The position numbers were made by a program, and so were the translations under genes. The notes beneath the pieces were generated by a model. The model saw only the letters and a program-made list of their open reading frames with translations. It searched no databases and was not told where the DNA came from. This document shows, piece after piece, positions 36,718-47,163 of a DNA stretch of 64,000 nt. The first letter of the stretch is position 1. Each line of letters starts with the position of its first letter. Source of the stretch: Bacteroidales bacterium (GTDB lineage: Bacteria > Bacteroidota > Bacteroidia > Bacteroidales > UBA1715); the NCBI GenBank assembly GCA_024402335.1, contig JAKSTZ010000001.1, forward strand, positions 93,989 through 157,988, written 5' to 3'.

Positions 36718-37724
36718 TGCGCAAGAAATTGCTGACATATCTATTTTTCTTTTTCCTTGTGCGAAGCGTTATTGCACAAGACATTCACTTTTCTAATTTC
36801 TATTCGAACACACTCAATCTGAATCCGGCAGAATCAGGATTTTTTACGGGAAGACATCGATTTTGCTTAGCATACCGCGACCAATACAGAACTGTAGCAA
36901 GACCATATAAAACACTTGCAGCAAGTTACGACAGGAAAATAGCAAAACGAACAATGAATAGCATGTTCGGTCTCGGAATATTACTCGATGCCGGCGATGC
37001 AAACTATACAACTGTTCAATTCGGTATTCCGTTGGCACACCATATCCCATTGGCAGGGAAAACCATATTGATTTCATACGGAATTATGCCTGCAATACAT
37101 CATTCTTCTATCGACTACAGCAATCTTACTTTTGGAGAACAATTTAATGGAATACAATTCATTCCCGACATAGAAATAAGCGAAGACGTGGACATGAATT
37201 CCGTACTTTATTGCAATATTGATGCTGGGGCACAAATCACGTACAAACCTTCAAAAACACAAACCTATACTTTGGGGATGGCTTGGAACAACATCAACAA
37301 GCCAACAATGTCATTTTTTAAAGACAATGATGCGCAATTACGACAACGAGTTCTATTACATGCATCCGGAATCATATCTATAACCTCAACATTCGACGTT
37401 GTTCCCGGAGCAAAGATTCAGTTTCAAGGCAAGCAACACGAATTCCAATTTGGCGGAATGGGAATCTATTATTTCCCTAAGTCAACTATATCGCAAGGGC
37501 AAGCGGGAATCTGGTTTCGCTCCAAAAATAAAGACGCCGTTATTTTTGGACTCGGAGCACAATATAGCGGATTCGACATCATGCTAAACTACGATTTAAA
37601 CATTTCTAAATTACACACAGCCAGCAACTTCCACGGAGCTTTCGAAATCACATTGTCATATATTGTCGAGGATCAAAACCGCAGCAAACGAATGACTGCC
37701 ATACGTTGTCCGCACACATTATAA
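36717..37724 (+). CDS. PorP/SprF family type IX secretion system membrane protein
   Basis: N-terminus AQDIHFSNFYSNTLNLNPAESGFF, ~335 aa, and positioned directly after a type-B CTD cargo (TAATG overlap). Confidence 0.85.
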   Translation: MRKKLLTYLFFFFLVRSVIAQDIHFSNFYSNTLNLNPAESGFFTGRHRFCLAYRDQYRTVARPYKTLAASYDRKIAKRTMNSMFGLGILLDAGDANYTTVQFGIPLAHHIPLAGKTILISYGIMPAIHHSSIDYSNLTFGEQFNGIQFIPDIEISEDVDMNSVLYCNIDAGAQITYKPSKTQTYTLGMAWNNINKPTMSFFKDNDAQLRQRVLLHASGIISITSTFDVVPGAKIQFQGKQHEFQFGGMGIYYFPKSTISQGQAGIWFRSKNKDAVIFGLGAQYSGFDIMLNYDLNISKLHTASNFHGAFEITLSYIVEDQNRSKRMTAIRCPHTL

Positions 37725-37798
37725 AACATCATTTTATTCTAAAACTGACCATGTAACTATTCGAAATTTATATCTTTGTGAAATAAAATGTATTGACT

Positions 37799-38788
37799 AT
37801 GAAAAAGATAATCTCTACCATATTTTTAGTTGGATTAACTGCTATCGTTTTTATCGGTTGTAAAAAAATTGAACGCATATATTTTAGTCCAGTTACAACC
37901 ATAGACAAAATGGAAATAATTGATATGACCGCCATTACAGACAGCACATTCCTCGTATTATGCAAAGACAAAGACGAGAAACGTGAAGTTTATCGTTGCA
38001 CATGGGGAAAAAATCAAAAAGTTACATCTAAAAAAATGGGAAAAACACTCAGTCTAAAATTCAACACCATAGAATTTAAAGATGGCAAAACATGGTTAGC
38101 CGGCGACACACTTGCTATTCGCATGAGTGAAGACACAGGAACTTCATGGGCACGATGGAAATCAAAATCGTTTGACGATTGGAAAGAAAATTGGCATAGC
38201 GACATATCCGACCTAACAAACATTTACATCAAAAACGACGAACCATATTTTGCAATAGGCACTGATGATTTATTCAAAGGTAACTTCTATTGGTTTAGTA
38301 CAGAATGGAATAGCTGGAAAAGCGGACAAAAACAATTCGGTCTTAACGACATGCTTGTATGCGACGACAGTCTTGTTTACATTGCAGGCTATGGTTCCAT
38401 CTGCTTTGCCAATAAGATGGGAGAAAATCATACATTAGAAAACATTGGTGGCGAGAACTTTACAAGCATCTGTACAAACGGTAAATATGTCTATGCTTGT
38501 TCATATTCCGGGAAAATTTACCGTAGCAAAATAGCTGAAAACAAATGGGAACATGTCTATTCAAAAGGAACTCGCCTATTGTTTATAGAATCCGACAACG
38601 CCGGAAATGTGGTAGCCGTTGGCGAAAGCAAAAAAATCAGTATCTCTAATGACAATGGTGAGAACTGGCGAGAAGAAAGCTATTCTGACGGCAACAAAAT
38701 CTCATGTATGAAAATGATAAATAACGAATTTTATATAGGTACAGAGAAAGGAGTTATTATAAAACTAAACAACGCTAACCTTCAATAA
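37799..38788 (+). CDS. Lipoprotein with BNR/Asp-box (beta-propeller-like) motifs
   Basis: Lipobox VFIGC. Asp-box motifs SEDTGTSW and SNDNGENW. ATG at 37799; the track ORF starts at TTG 37793. Confidence 0.6.
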   Translation: MKKIISTIFLVGLTAIVFIGCKKIERIYFSPVTTIDKMEIIDMTAITDSTFLVLCKDKDEKREVYRCTWGKNQKVTSKKMGKTLSLKFNTIEFKDGKTWLAGDTLAIRMSEDTGTSWARWKSKSFDDWKENWHSDISDLTNIYIKNDEPYFAIGTDDLFKGNFYWFSTEWNSWKSGQKQFGLNDMLVCDDSLVYIAGYGSICFANKMGENHTLENIGGENFTSICTNGKYVYACSYSGKIYRSKIAENKWEHVYSKGTRLLFIESDNAGNVVAVGESKKISISNDNGENWREESYSDGNKISCMKMINNEFYIGTEKGVIIKLNNANLQ

Positions 38789-41700
38789 ATGAGAAAATTC
38801 TTTTTCCTCGCAGCATTTGTTATCTCTGCTTTTTATTCATTTTCGCAACAACTTATTTTAAATGAGATAGTTGCAAAAAATGCAAACTCATACACCAACG
38901 AGCAAGACAAAACACCGGATTGGATAGAAATTAAAAACACATCTAATTCCGCCATTCAACTTTCAAACTACAGTCTTGCCACAAAAGATTGTTTAAATAC
39001 ACCATGGCAACTACCCGACACAAAACTTGCAGCCGGTGCCGTTACATTATTTGAGGCAAAAGAATCTCAAACGGTAGCACAATGGGAAACGGTTATTGAC
39101 TTAGGACACTCTTTCACATATACAGTACCTTCATACGAGATAAGCAACTGGAACAAAGAAGATTTTAACGACAACGAATGGAATAACGGGCCTTCCCCTA
39201 TCGGATTTGGAGAATCAATTATTGCCAGCAGCGTTCCAGCAGGAACAAAATCGGTATTTCTACGAACAACTTTTCCCGTTAGCGATATCAACGACATTGC
39301 AAACCTTATGCTCCACATGGACTGCGACGATGGATTTATCGCATACATAAATGGAAAAGAAGTTGTTCGATTCAACATGAACCAAACAACATATAACGCA
39401 TTTGCAAACAGCGCAACAGAAGGAGTTATTGCCAACGGAGGAAACCCAGAAAAATACATAATTGAAAATCCACAAAGTTTCTTACACGAAGGAACAAATA
39501 CATTTTGCGTACAAGTACACAACTGCAATGCAACATCAAGCGACTTGCTGGCAATTCCTATCTTAAGCATTGGGTATAACACAACAAAAGACTATCGCGG
39601 AGAAACATCCAAATACTGCAGTTTCTCAAGCGGTAATACATTTCCACACTCGCTAAACGCATCTTCCGACATTGTATATTTACTATATAACAACAGCATT
39701 GTTGATAGTATTTCATGGAAAGATATTCCTGTAGATATCTCTATCGGACGAAAAAGTGGTGACAATACGAATATTTATTATTTTCAAAAGCCAACGCCTG
39801 GGAAAGCAAACATTTACGAGGCATTCGTTTCTGAGACTCTTGAGAAGCCAAAGCTTTCAGTACCAGGAACCGTATTCACAACCGGAGAAATATTCTATGT
39901 ATCTGCATATTCCAGCGAAACAGAAGTAACCATTCGCTACACAACCGACGGATCTGTTCCTACAGAAAGTTCCAAGGTCTTTCCTGAAAAACTACTTATC
40001 TCCGCTACAACCAACTTACGTGTACGAGCATTCAGAAGTGGCTATTTACCAAGTAAAACAACAACATGCACATACCTATACCTAAACAGAAATCAAAATC
40101 TGCCAATCGCTTCTATTACCGCTAAAAAAGGAGATTTTTTCAGCAACACGGAAGGTATTTATATGCTTGGTCCAAACGCGGAAAAAGAAGAACCATACTA
40201 TGGGGCAAACTTCTGGCAAGATTGGGAAAAGCCTATCCATTTTGAATATTTCGACGAAAATGGAGATTGCGTAGTTTCACAAGATGCTGGTGTAAAAATC
40301 GGTGGAAACTGGAGCCGTGCCCAACCGCAAAAAACACTAAAAATCTATGCCCGCGATGAATATGGAAAAGACGAAATAGAATATCAGTTTTTTAAAGACA
40401 AACCTATTTCTTCATTCCATCTTATTTTATTGCGAAATAGCGGCAACGACTTTAACAACACTCAAATGCGCGATGGTGTTATTTCCGAGCTTGCAAAACA
40501 AATGGACATAGACCGACAAGCATACCAACCTGCTATAGTTTTTATAAACGGTAAATACTATGGAATCCAAAATGTGCGCGAAAAACAAAACAAACATTAT
40601 GTTGCAGAAAACTACGGCTACGACAAAGACGATATTGATGTCATTAAAAACGGTGGTGAAGTTGTAGATGGCAACAACACCGACTATTTTGTGATGCGAA
40701 ATTTTATGGAAAACGCCGATTTATCTCAAGAAAACAACTACGAGCAAGCTAAAAAATATATAGACATACAAAACTTCATCGACTACAACATTTTGGAAAT
40801 GTATGTGGTTAACGAAGACTGGCCTGGGAACAACATTGCCTATTGGCATTCCCGCTCAGCAAACACCCCTTGGCGCTATATGCTTTTCGACGCAGATTTC
40901 GGATTAGGTATATGGGACCTTGAAAAGAAGGTCAACAAAAACATGTTTCAATGGTGCACACTTGCAAATTCCAGCGACTACGCAACTGCTCCATGGTCCA
41001 CTATCATTTTACGACAGCTACTTAAAAACGCCGAATTCAAAAAAAATTTCCTTAACAGCCTTGCCGACCGATTAAACACAACACTTTCCGCATATACGGT
41101 AAATCACACTATAGATTCTGTTCACAAAATCATAGAAGATGAAATGTATTTCCACAAAGAAAGATGGAAAGACAATTGGCAAGATGGTTGGCTTAAACAA
41201 ATGAAAGATTTCGGAAGTCGTCGCGATGACATCATGAGAAGACAAGCCGAAGATTTCTTCTCAACCAACGGCAGTTATAAACTAACAATTTCATCTTCGG
41301 GAAAAAATGCAGGTGTTATTCAACTGAACAGCATAACTGTTTCTGCTTTCCCGTGGTCTGGGAAATACTTCAACAACAACACTATTTCATTAACAGCCAT
41401 AGCAAAACCTGGATATAAATTCATACGTTGGGAAGGTGCTGTTAATTCTACAGAAAAATCTATCACTATCACCACAAATCAAGCCACGAGTATAACAGCC
41501 GTGTATGAGTATATTGGAAACGAACCAAACATTCAATTTACTGAGGTTTACTATCATACATATCAAGATGATGAAACCAAATGGATAGAACTCTACAATA
41601 TAAATAGCGCACAACCAACCCTTGATATCTCAAATTGGACAATTACATTCGACAGATACAACCAAACATTCACCTTCCCAGAAGGAAGCAAATTAGGAAC

Positions 41701-42736
41701 AGATGAACATCCTAACATTCTTATTGTTGCGAAAAACAAAGAACGCTTTTGTGCTAAATATCCTAGTGTGCCTGCAGAATCAGTCATTGGCAATTTAGGC
41801 ATTGACTTTCCAAAAGATTTTGCAACGATTACATTACGAAATGCAGATGGTTGTAAAATGGCAGAAATGTATTATTCCGACCAGTTCCAATATGCAAAAA
41901 AAGCCGATGGATACGGATATTCTTGTGCAATTCTCGACCAAACTTGGTGTTCTTACGAATTAGGTGGTGATCCTTTAAACATATATTACAAACCCGAAAA
42001 TGTTGACCCTGAGCGATGGCCTATAATTACAGAAATCAATTTTGCACCAAGCAAGACATTTGATTCAGGCGACTGGATTGAGATTTACAACCCTGACAAA
42101 TATGCTACTTTCAGTCTAAAAGATTGGATGATTAAAGATGACGGAGGTAAAATATCCGTAATCTACGATGATATAACTATTGCACCAGGAGAATATATAG
42201 TATTCGCAAACAACCCAGAAAAATTCCATAACATCTACCCTGACGTACAATGCTATCAATTAGACTTATCGCTAAACAATTATCAAGACGGTATTAGTTT
42301 GTATAACAAATTCGAAAGAATAATTGACCAAGTATCATACTCCATGTTTGATGGAAAATGGGCAACGAACACATTCAAAACAGGAAGGACACTTTCACTT
42401 CGAGACTATAATTCAAACAACGCATTAGGTAAAAACTGGTCGGCAAGTAAAAGTTTTGGAACACCAGGAAGAGAAAACGACTATATTCTAACAGATATTC
42501 CTGAAAATGAACAAATTCAAGTTGCAGCATTTCCAAATCCATGTAAAGATTATCTTACAATACAATGTGAAGGTAGTTTCACATACGAAATAGTTACTTC
42601 TAATGGCGTGATGATTGCTTCAAACGAAGCCGAAAACCAAGTATTCGTTCCAGTAAGAGAACTTTCTATAGGAATATATTTTGTTGTTGTTTATAAAGAC
42701 AATCTAACTATTATTAAGAAAATAGTTAAAGAATAG
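38789..42736 (+). CDS. CotH kinase-family protein with three lamin-tail domains and a T9SS type-A C-terminal sorting domain
   Basis: LTD signatures: LILNEIVAKN...PDWIEIKNTS, IQFTEVYY...KWIELYNIN, IITEINFAP...GDWIEIYNPD. CotH core: GGNWSRAQPQKTLKIYAR, LLRNSGNDFNNTQMRDG, YYGIQNVREK, MYVVNEDWPGNNIAYW. CTD: FPNPCKDYLTIQ...IGIYFVVVYKD. Confidence 0.85.
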   Translation: MRKFFFLAAFVISAFYSFSQQLILNEIVAKNANSYTNEQDKTPDWIEIKNTSNSAIQLSNYSLATKDCLNTPWQLPDTKLAAGAVTLFEAKESQTVAQWETVIDLGHSFTYTVPSYEISNWNKEDFNDNEWNNGPSPIGFGESIIASSVPAGTKSVFLRTTFPVSDINDIANLMLHMDCDDGFIAYINGKEVVRFNMNQTTYNAFANSATEGVIANGGNPEKYIIENPQSFLHEGTNTFCVQVHNCNATSSDLLAIPILSIGYNTTKDYRGETSKYCSFSSGNTFPHSLNASSDIVYLLYNNSIVDSISWKDIPVDISIGRKSGDNTNIYYFQKPTPGKANIYEAFVSETLEKPKLSVPGTVFTTGEIFYVSAYSSETEVTIRYTTDGSVPTESSKVFPEKLLISATTNLRVRAFRSGYLPSKTTTCTYLYLNRNQNLPIASITAKKGDFFSNTEGIYMLGPNAEKEEPYYGANFWQDWEKPIHFEYFDENGDCVVSQDAGVKIGGNWSRAQPQKTLKIYARDEYGKDEIEYQFFKDKPISSFHLILLRNSGNDFNNTQMRDGVISELAKQMDIDRQAYQPAIVFINGKYYGIQNVREKQNKHYVAENYGYDKDDIDVIKNGGEVVDGNNTDYFVMRNFMENADLSQENNYEQAKKYIDIQNFIDYNILEMYVVNEDWPGNNIAYWHSRSANTPWRYMLFDADFGLGIWDLEKKVNKNMFQWCTLANSSDYATAPWSTIILRQLLKNAEFKKNFLNSLADRLNTTLSAYTVNHTIDSVHKIIEDEMYFHKERWKDNWQDGWLKQMKDFGSRRDDIMRRQAEDFFSTNGSYKLTISSSGKNAGVIQLNSITVSAFPWSGKYFNNNTISLTAIAKPGYKFIRWEGAVNSTEKSITITTNQATSITAVYEYIGNEPNIQFTEVYYHTYQDDETKWIELYNINSAQPTLDISNWTITFDRYNQTFTFPEGSKLGTDEHPNILIVAKNKERFCAKYPSVPAESVIGNLGIDFPKDFATITLRNADGCKMAEMYYSDQFQYAKKADGYGYSCAILDQTWCSYELGGDPLNIYYKPENVDPERWPIITEINFAPSKTFDSGDWIEIYNPDKYATFSLKDWMIKDDGGKISVIYDDITIAPGEYIVFANNPEKFHNIYPDVQCYQLDLSLNNYQDGISLYNKFERIIDQVSYSMFDGKWATNTFKTGRTLSLRDYNSNNALGKNWSASKSFGTPGRENDYILTDIPENEQIQVAAFPNPCKDYLTIQCEGSFTYEIVTSNGVMIASNEAENQVFVPVRELSIGIYFVVVYKDNLTIIKKIVKE

Positions 42737-42852
42737 CGGATTTCCCAAAGGTTACATTCCGTTTTCAACAATTATGAATACTTATTAACAACAGACTTTT
42801 GTTTGTTAAGAAATGTCTATTTTTGAAATCGGTAAAAAATGATTATTGAACT

Positions 42853-43404
42853 ATGAGATTTAGTAAGCTTGTATTGTTATTAGGAATGTTGATAGTTAGC
42901 ACTACAGCATTTGCCCAATATGACGATGATGAAACTGTACAATCAAGAAAGAGTACACATAAGAAAGAAAAAGTTCACTCTGGTCCAGCGGCAAAAAGCC
43001 GTGATATGAAGAAGCAAGACAACTTCAAATCAAGCGTTAACAAAACTACGCACTTGAGCAAGAAGGAACAAGCTAAATTACAAGCTAAAAAAGAAAAAGA
43101 ACATCAAAAACGTTTCGAGTCTAACCGCAAAAAAATGCAAGACAAGAAGACTTTGAAACGAATGAAACAAAATGAAAAATACTCATATCGTACCAATTCA
43201 GCAAAAGGAAAATCATGGCAAAGTCGAAAACACGAGTCTAAATCTACTAAGGCTAACAGGAAACGATCAAAAGCTTTAGAAAAGAAACAAGACGAAGCAC
43301 GCGAAAGGTACGAGAACAAGGACTATAAACCTGGAGCAAGGAAAACGACTCGAAAAGGTAAAATCCGCGAATTCCAAAACCCTTTCAAACGAGATAAACA
43401 CTAG
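42853..43404 (+). CDS. Secreted polybasic (Lys/Arg-rich) hypothetical protein
   Basis: Signal peptide MRFSKLVLLLGMLIVSTTAFAQ followed by low-complexity K/R/E/Q-rich sequence. Confidence 0.55.
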   Translation: MRFSKLVLLLGMLIVSTTAFAQYDDDETVQSRKSTHKKEKVHSGPAAKSRDMKKQDNFKSSVNKTTHLSKKEQAKLQAKKEKEHQKRFESNRKKMQDKKTLKRMKQNEKYSYRTNSAKGKSWQSRKHESKSTKANRKRSKALEKKQDEARERYENKDYKPGARKTTRKGKIREFQNPFKRDKH

Positions 43405-43406
43405 AA

Positions 43407-44354
43407 ATGAAACGCTATTGCTGGGAAATAGTTATTGCTCTGCTTATTTCAATAACAGCACAAGCCCAACAATGTGATTCTCTCTACATTGCGTCACTAA
43501 AGTTATACGATAACGAAAAATATGGTGCCTCTTTAGAGACTATCAACAGCGTTATTGCTAATTGCGGCAACGAAGTTGACTATCAACTACATAGAGCAAA
43601 ATGCTACTCCGAACTAAAAGACACTAAGGGGAAACTAACAGCTCTTAATGCGGCTTTAGCCATTGACTCGAATTGCATTGCTGCCTTATCTGAAAAAGCG
43701 GCAATGTATATGTCTGCAGACATCTATGGTTCTGCAATAAAATGCTACAAGAAGATTCTTTCTATAATCCCGACATCCGACACCACAATTCGTATATACC
43801 TAACGAATTTGGGCGCATTATATGTTTACACAAACCAGAACTCAAAAGCATTTGACTTATTATGGGATTATTGTCAAAAAGATTCCTCGGCAAGCAATGA
43901 GTACATGCTCACAAACTTAGCAGCTGCAGCAATATATATCGGCAAATACGAAGAAGCAGAATGGGCTCTTTCTAAAATATTAGACGATAATCCAGCAAAT
44001 GTAAAAGCTCTTGTAAACATGGGACTTTGTAAACAAGGCAAAAATGAATTTGAAGCTGCTATATCATACTATGACAAAGCAATGATATACGTACCTGATG
44101 ACGCATACGCATGGAACAATCGTGGTTATGCGTATTATATGCAAGGAGACTACAAATCTGCGCTCAACGACATAGAAAAATCTCTTTCTATTGATCCTTC
44201 AAACTCATACGCATACAAAAACAAAGCTTTGGTTTTAATAGCTATGGGTAAGAAAAAAGATGCTTGCAAAAACCTTGAGCAAGCCATTGGAGCAGGATTT
44301 ACCGAAATGTACGGCGACGAAGTTCTTCAACTGATAGAACAAAATTGCCGCTAA
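43407..44354 (+). CDS. Tetratricopeptide repeat protein (secreted)
   Basis: Signal peptide, then several TPR units (for example AWNNRGYAYYMQGDYKSALNDIEKSLSIDPSNSYAYKNKA). Confidence 0.75.
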   Translation: MKRYCWEIVIALLISITAQAQQCDSLYIASLKLYDNEKYGASLETINSVIANCGNEVDYQLHRAKCYSELKDTKGKLTALNAALAIDSNCIAALSEKAAMYMSADIYGSAIKCYKKILSIIPTSDTTIRIYLTNLGALYVYTNQNSKAFDLLWDYCQKDSSASNEYMLTNLAAAAIYIGKYEEAEWALSKILDDNPANVKALVNMGLCKQGKNEFEAAISYYDKAMIYVPDDAYAWNNRGYAYYMQGDYKSALNDIEKSLSIDPSNSYAYKNKALVLIAMGKKKDACKNLEQAIGAGFTEMYGDEVLQLIEQNCR

Positions 44355-44365
44355 AAAATACCACT

Positions 44366-47128
44366 ATGGAAGAAAAGAAATTGTTTCTTATAGACGGACA
44401 TGCCGTTTTATATCGTTCATATTTTGCATTCATCAACAATCCTCGTGTAAATTCCAAAGGCGTCAACACATCTGCTGTTTTTGGTTTTGTAAACACTATC
44501 TACGAGATGATGCGTTCACAAAAACCTACACATATTGGAGTTGTATTCGATCCTAAAGGGAAAACGTTCCGTCACGAGATGTACGAAGCCTATAAGGCAA
44601 ATCGTCAGGCGACTCCAGAAGACTTAAAAGCAGCTATTCCTGAAGTCATAGAAATTATACAAGCGATGAATATTCCTGTCGTGCAAGTCGAAGGATACGA
44701 GGCTGACGATGTTATCGGAACACTTGCAAAACAAGCTGCCCGCAAAGACTTTATGGTATATATGGTTACACCAGATAAAGACTATGCACAATTAGTGGAA
44801 GATTCCATTTACATGTATCGACTCGGGCATAACGGCATAGACATAATGGGACCACAGCAAGTGGCCGATAAATTTTCGGTAAAAAGACCTGAACAAGTCA
44901 TCGACCTACTTGGACTTTGGGGCGATAGCGCCGACAACATTCCTGGAGCACCAGGCGTTGGCGAGAAAACAGCGAAAGCACTTATCGCTCAATATAATAG
45001 CATTGAAGGAATATATGAACATATTGAAGAACTAAAAGGCAAACAAAAGGAGAAAATGATTGCAGCAAAAGAGCAAGTACTTCTATCAAAAGAACTTGCC
45101 ACTATTTGCACACAAGTTCCTATTTCCTTCGACGACTATAACTTCGAAAAAGAGCCCTTTAATGCGGAGGCTCTACAAGCAAAATTCACCGAACTAGAGT
45201 TTATTGGCTTAGCTCAAAAAATGCTTAAAACAAGTATAGAGCCACAAAAAACGGTTCAAAAGGTTGTAGAGAAAAATCCATCAGATACACAATTGGACTT
45301 ATTTGCCGAACCTGCTGCACCTCAACAAGAGCACATGCAAACGCAAAATTTCCAAAACTATCATATAGTACGAGATGTTGATTCTTTCATAAAACTGTTA
45401 TCCAAACAGTTAAGCATCAGCTACGTTATATGTACAGACACTTCTACAACGGTGAATGCACATATTTTAGGTTTTGCCTTTGCATGGAAAAACGGAGAAG
45501 CACACTACGTTGCAGCACCTACCGATCCAAGCCAACACAGCGAGCTAGTACAAAAATTCAAACCTATTTTTAATTCGTGCTCAAAAAAATTCACATACGA
45601 CATAAAACAAAGCGTATCGGTTCTATCGCATTACGACATCAATATCTATGGAGAATTACATGATGTGCAGCTTGCCCACTATGTTCTACAACCAGAACTA
45701 CGACATTCATTAGATACAATTGCAAGGCAATATTTAGGAGCAAAAATGCTACGTATCGAAGACTATTCGAGTACGAAGGCAGCACAATTCACTTTTAAAG
45801 AATTCACCTTAGAACAGCAAAAAAACTTTTTCTGCGAACAAGCTGACATCATATTCCAAACGGCGCCATTAATAGAAAAAGAACTACACGAACTAAACCA
45901 ATACGACTTATATACAAAAATTGAATGTCCACTTGCTTCAGTACTAAGCAAAATGGAAATGGCCGGAGTAAAAATCGACTCCGATGCCCTACATGATTCG
46001 TCAAAGGTCATCAGCGAAGAAGTACAGAAAATTGAAAACCGCATATATGAATTGGCCGGAGAGACATTCAATATTGGTTCACCTAAACAATTAGGAGAAA
46101 TACTTTTCGACAAATTAGCGATTGTTGAAAAAGCAAAGAAAACCAAGACAAAACAATATGCTACAGGCGAAGAAGTTCTTGATAAACTTCGTGATACGCA
46201 CGAGATTATTCCATTGATTTTGGAATATCGAGAAATGAAGAAATTGCTTTCGACCTACATTGATGCCTTGCCACAATTGGTAAATGAACGTACTGGAAAA
46301 ATCCATGCCACGTTCAACCAAGCCATAGTTGCCACAGGACGATTAAGTTCGACTAATCCTAATCTGCAGAACATTCCGGTACGTACTGAAATGGGACGTG
46401 AAATACGCAAGGTCTTCATTCCTTCTGAACCAGGAAACATCTTCCTATCAGCAGACTATTCTCAAATAGAACTTCGTCTTATCGCCCACTTTAGCGGTGA
46501 CGAACATTTTATCTCAGCATTTAAAAATGGCGAAGATATTCATAGCGCAACTGCCGCTAAAATCTTTGGTGTGCCTTTAGAAGAAGTAACTTCAGACCAA
46601 AGACGAAAAGCAAAATCTGCCAACTTTGCCATTTCCTACGGAACAACTGCATTCGGACTTTCACAAACGTTGAATATTCCTCGCAAGGAAGCACAAGAAT
46701 TAATTGACAGTTACTTTGCAAACTATCCAAAAGTAAAAGCTTTAATGGATTCATATATCGACATGGCACGCAATAAAGGCTATGTGGAAACTATGTTTAA
46801 CCGTCGTCGATATTTGCCAGACATCAATTCACAAAATGCAACTATACGCGGTGTTGCGGAACGAAATGCCATCAACGCACCGGTACAAGGTTCTGCTGCC
46901 GACATTATCAAAATTGCAATGATTAACATTGCAGCAAAAATGGAAGAACAAAACCTACGTAGTCGTATGATTTTGCAAGTACACGACGAATTAAACTTCG
47001 ATGTTTTTCCTGACGAACTTGAGGCAATGAAGAAAATCGTGACTGAAGAAATGCAAAATGCAGTAGCATTACAAGTACCACTTATTGCCGAAATGGGAAT
47101 AGGCAACAACTGGCTCGAAGCACATTAA
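44366..47128 (+). CDS. polA: DNA polymerase I
   Basis: 5'-nuclease N-terminus LFLIDGHAVLYRSYFA. Pol motif A LLSADYSQIELR and motif B RRKAKSANFAISYG, plus QVHDELNF. The ATG at 44366 is preferred over the track's TTG at 44345. Confidence 0.97.
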   Translation: MEEKKLFLIDGHAVLYRSYFAFINNPRVNSKGVNTSAVFGFVNTIYEMMRSQKPTHIGVVFDPKGKTFRHEMYEAYKANRQATPEDLKAAIPEVIEIIQAMNIPVVQVEGYEADDVIGTLAKQAARKDFMVYMVTPDKDYAQLVEDSIYMYRLGHNGIDIMGPQQVADKFSVKRPEQVIDLLGLWGDSADNIPGAPGVGEKTAKALIAQYNSIEGIYEHIEELKGKQKEKMIAAKEQVLLSKELATICTQVPISFDDYNFEKEPFNAEALQAKFTELEFIGLAQKMLKTSIEPQKTVQKVVEKNPSDTQLDLFAEPAAPQQEHMQTQNFQNYHIVRDVDSFIKLLSKQLSISYVICTDTSTTVNAHILGFAFAWKNGEAHYVAAPTDPSQHSELVQKFKPIFNSCSKKFTYDIKQSVSVLSHYDINIYGELHDVQLAHYVLQPELRHSLDTIARQYLGAKMLRIEDYSSTKAAQFTFKEFTLEQQKNFFCEQADIIFQTAPLIEKELHELNQYDLYTKIECPLASVLSKMEMAGVKIDSDALHDSSKVISEEVQKIENRIYELAGETFNIGSPKQLGEILFDKLAIVEKAKKTKTKQYATGEEVLDKLRDTHEIIPLILEYREMKKLLSTYIDALPQLVNERTGKIHATFNQAIVATGRLSSTNPNLQNIPVRTEMGREIRKVFIPSEPGNIFLSADYSQIELRLIAHFSGDEHFISAFKNGEDIHSATAAKIFGVPLEEVTSDQRRKAKSANFAISYGTTAFGLSQTLNIPRKEAQELIDSYFANYPKVKALMDSYIDMARNKGYVETMFNRRRYLPDINSQNATIRGVAERNAINAPVQGSAADIIKIAMINIAAKMEEQNLRSRMILQVHDELNFDVFPDELEAMKKIVTEEMQNAVALQVPLIAEMGIGNNWLEAH

Positions 47129-47135
47129 AACAATT

Positions 47136-47163
47136 GTAGAAATGCGGTGCACCGTATTTCTAC
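47136..47163 (+). terminator. Hairpin terminator after polA (overlaps the 3' end of the convergent gene)
   Basis: Stem GTAGAAAT (47136-47143) / ATTTCTAC (47156-47163) with an inner GC-rich stem CGG-TGCA-CCG, followed by a T-rich tract. Confidence 0.6.

Noticed and set aside
39067-39582. 171-aa minus-strand ORF (and 39260-39475)
   Set aside because: It is antisense to the CotH gene, whose own frame carries clear domain signatures.
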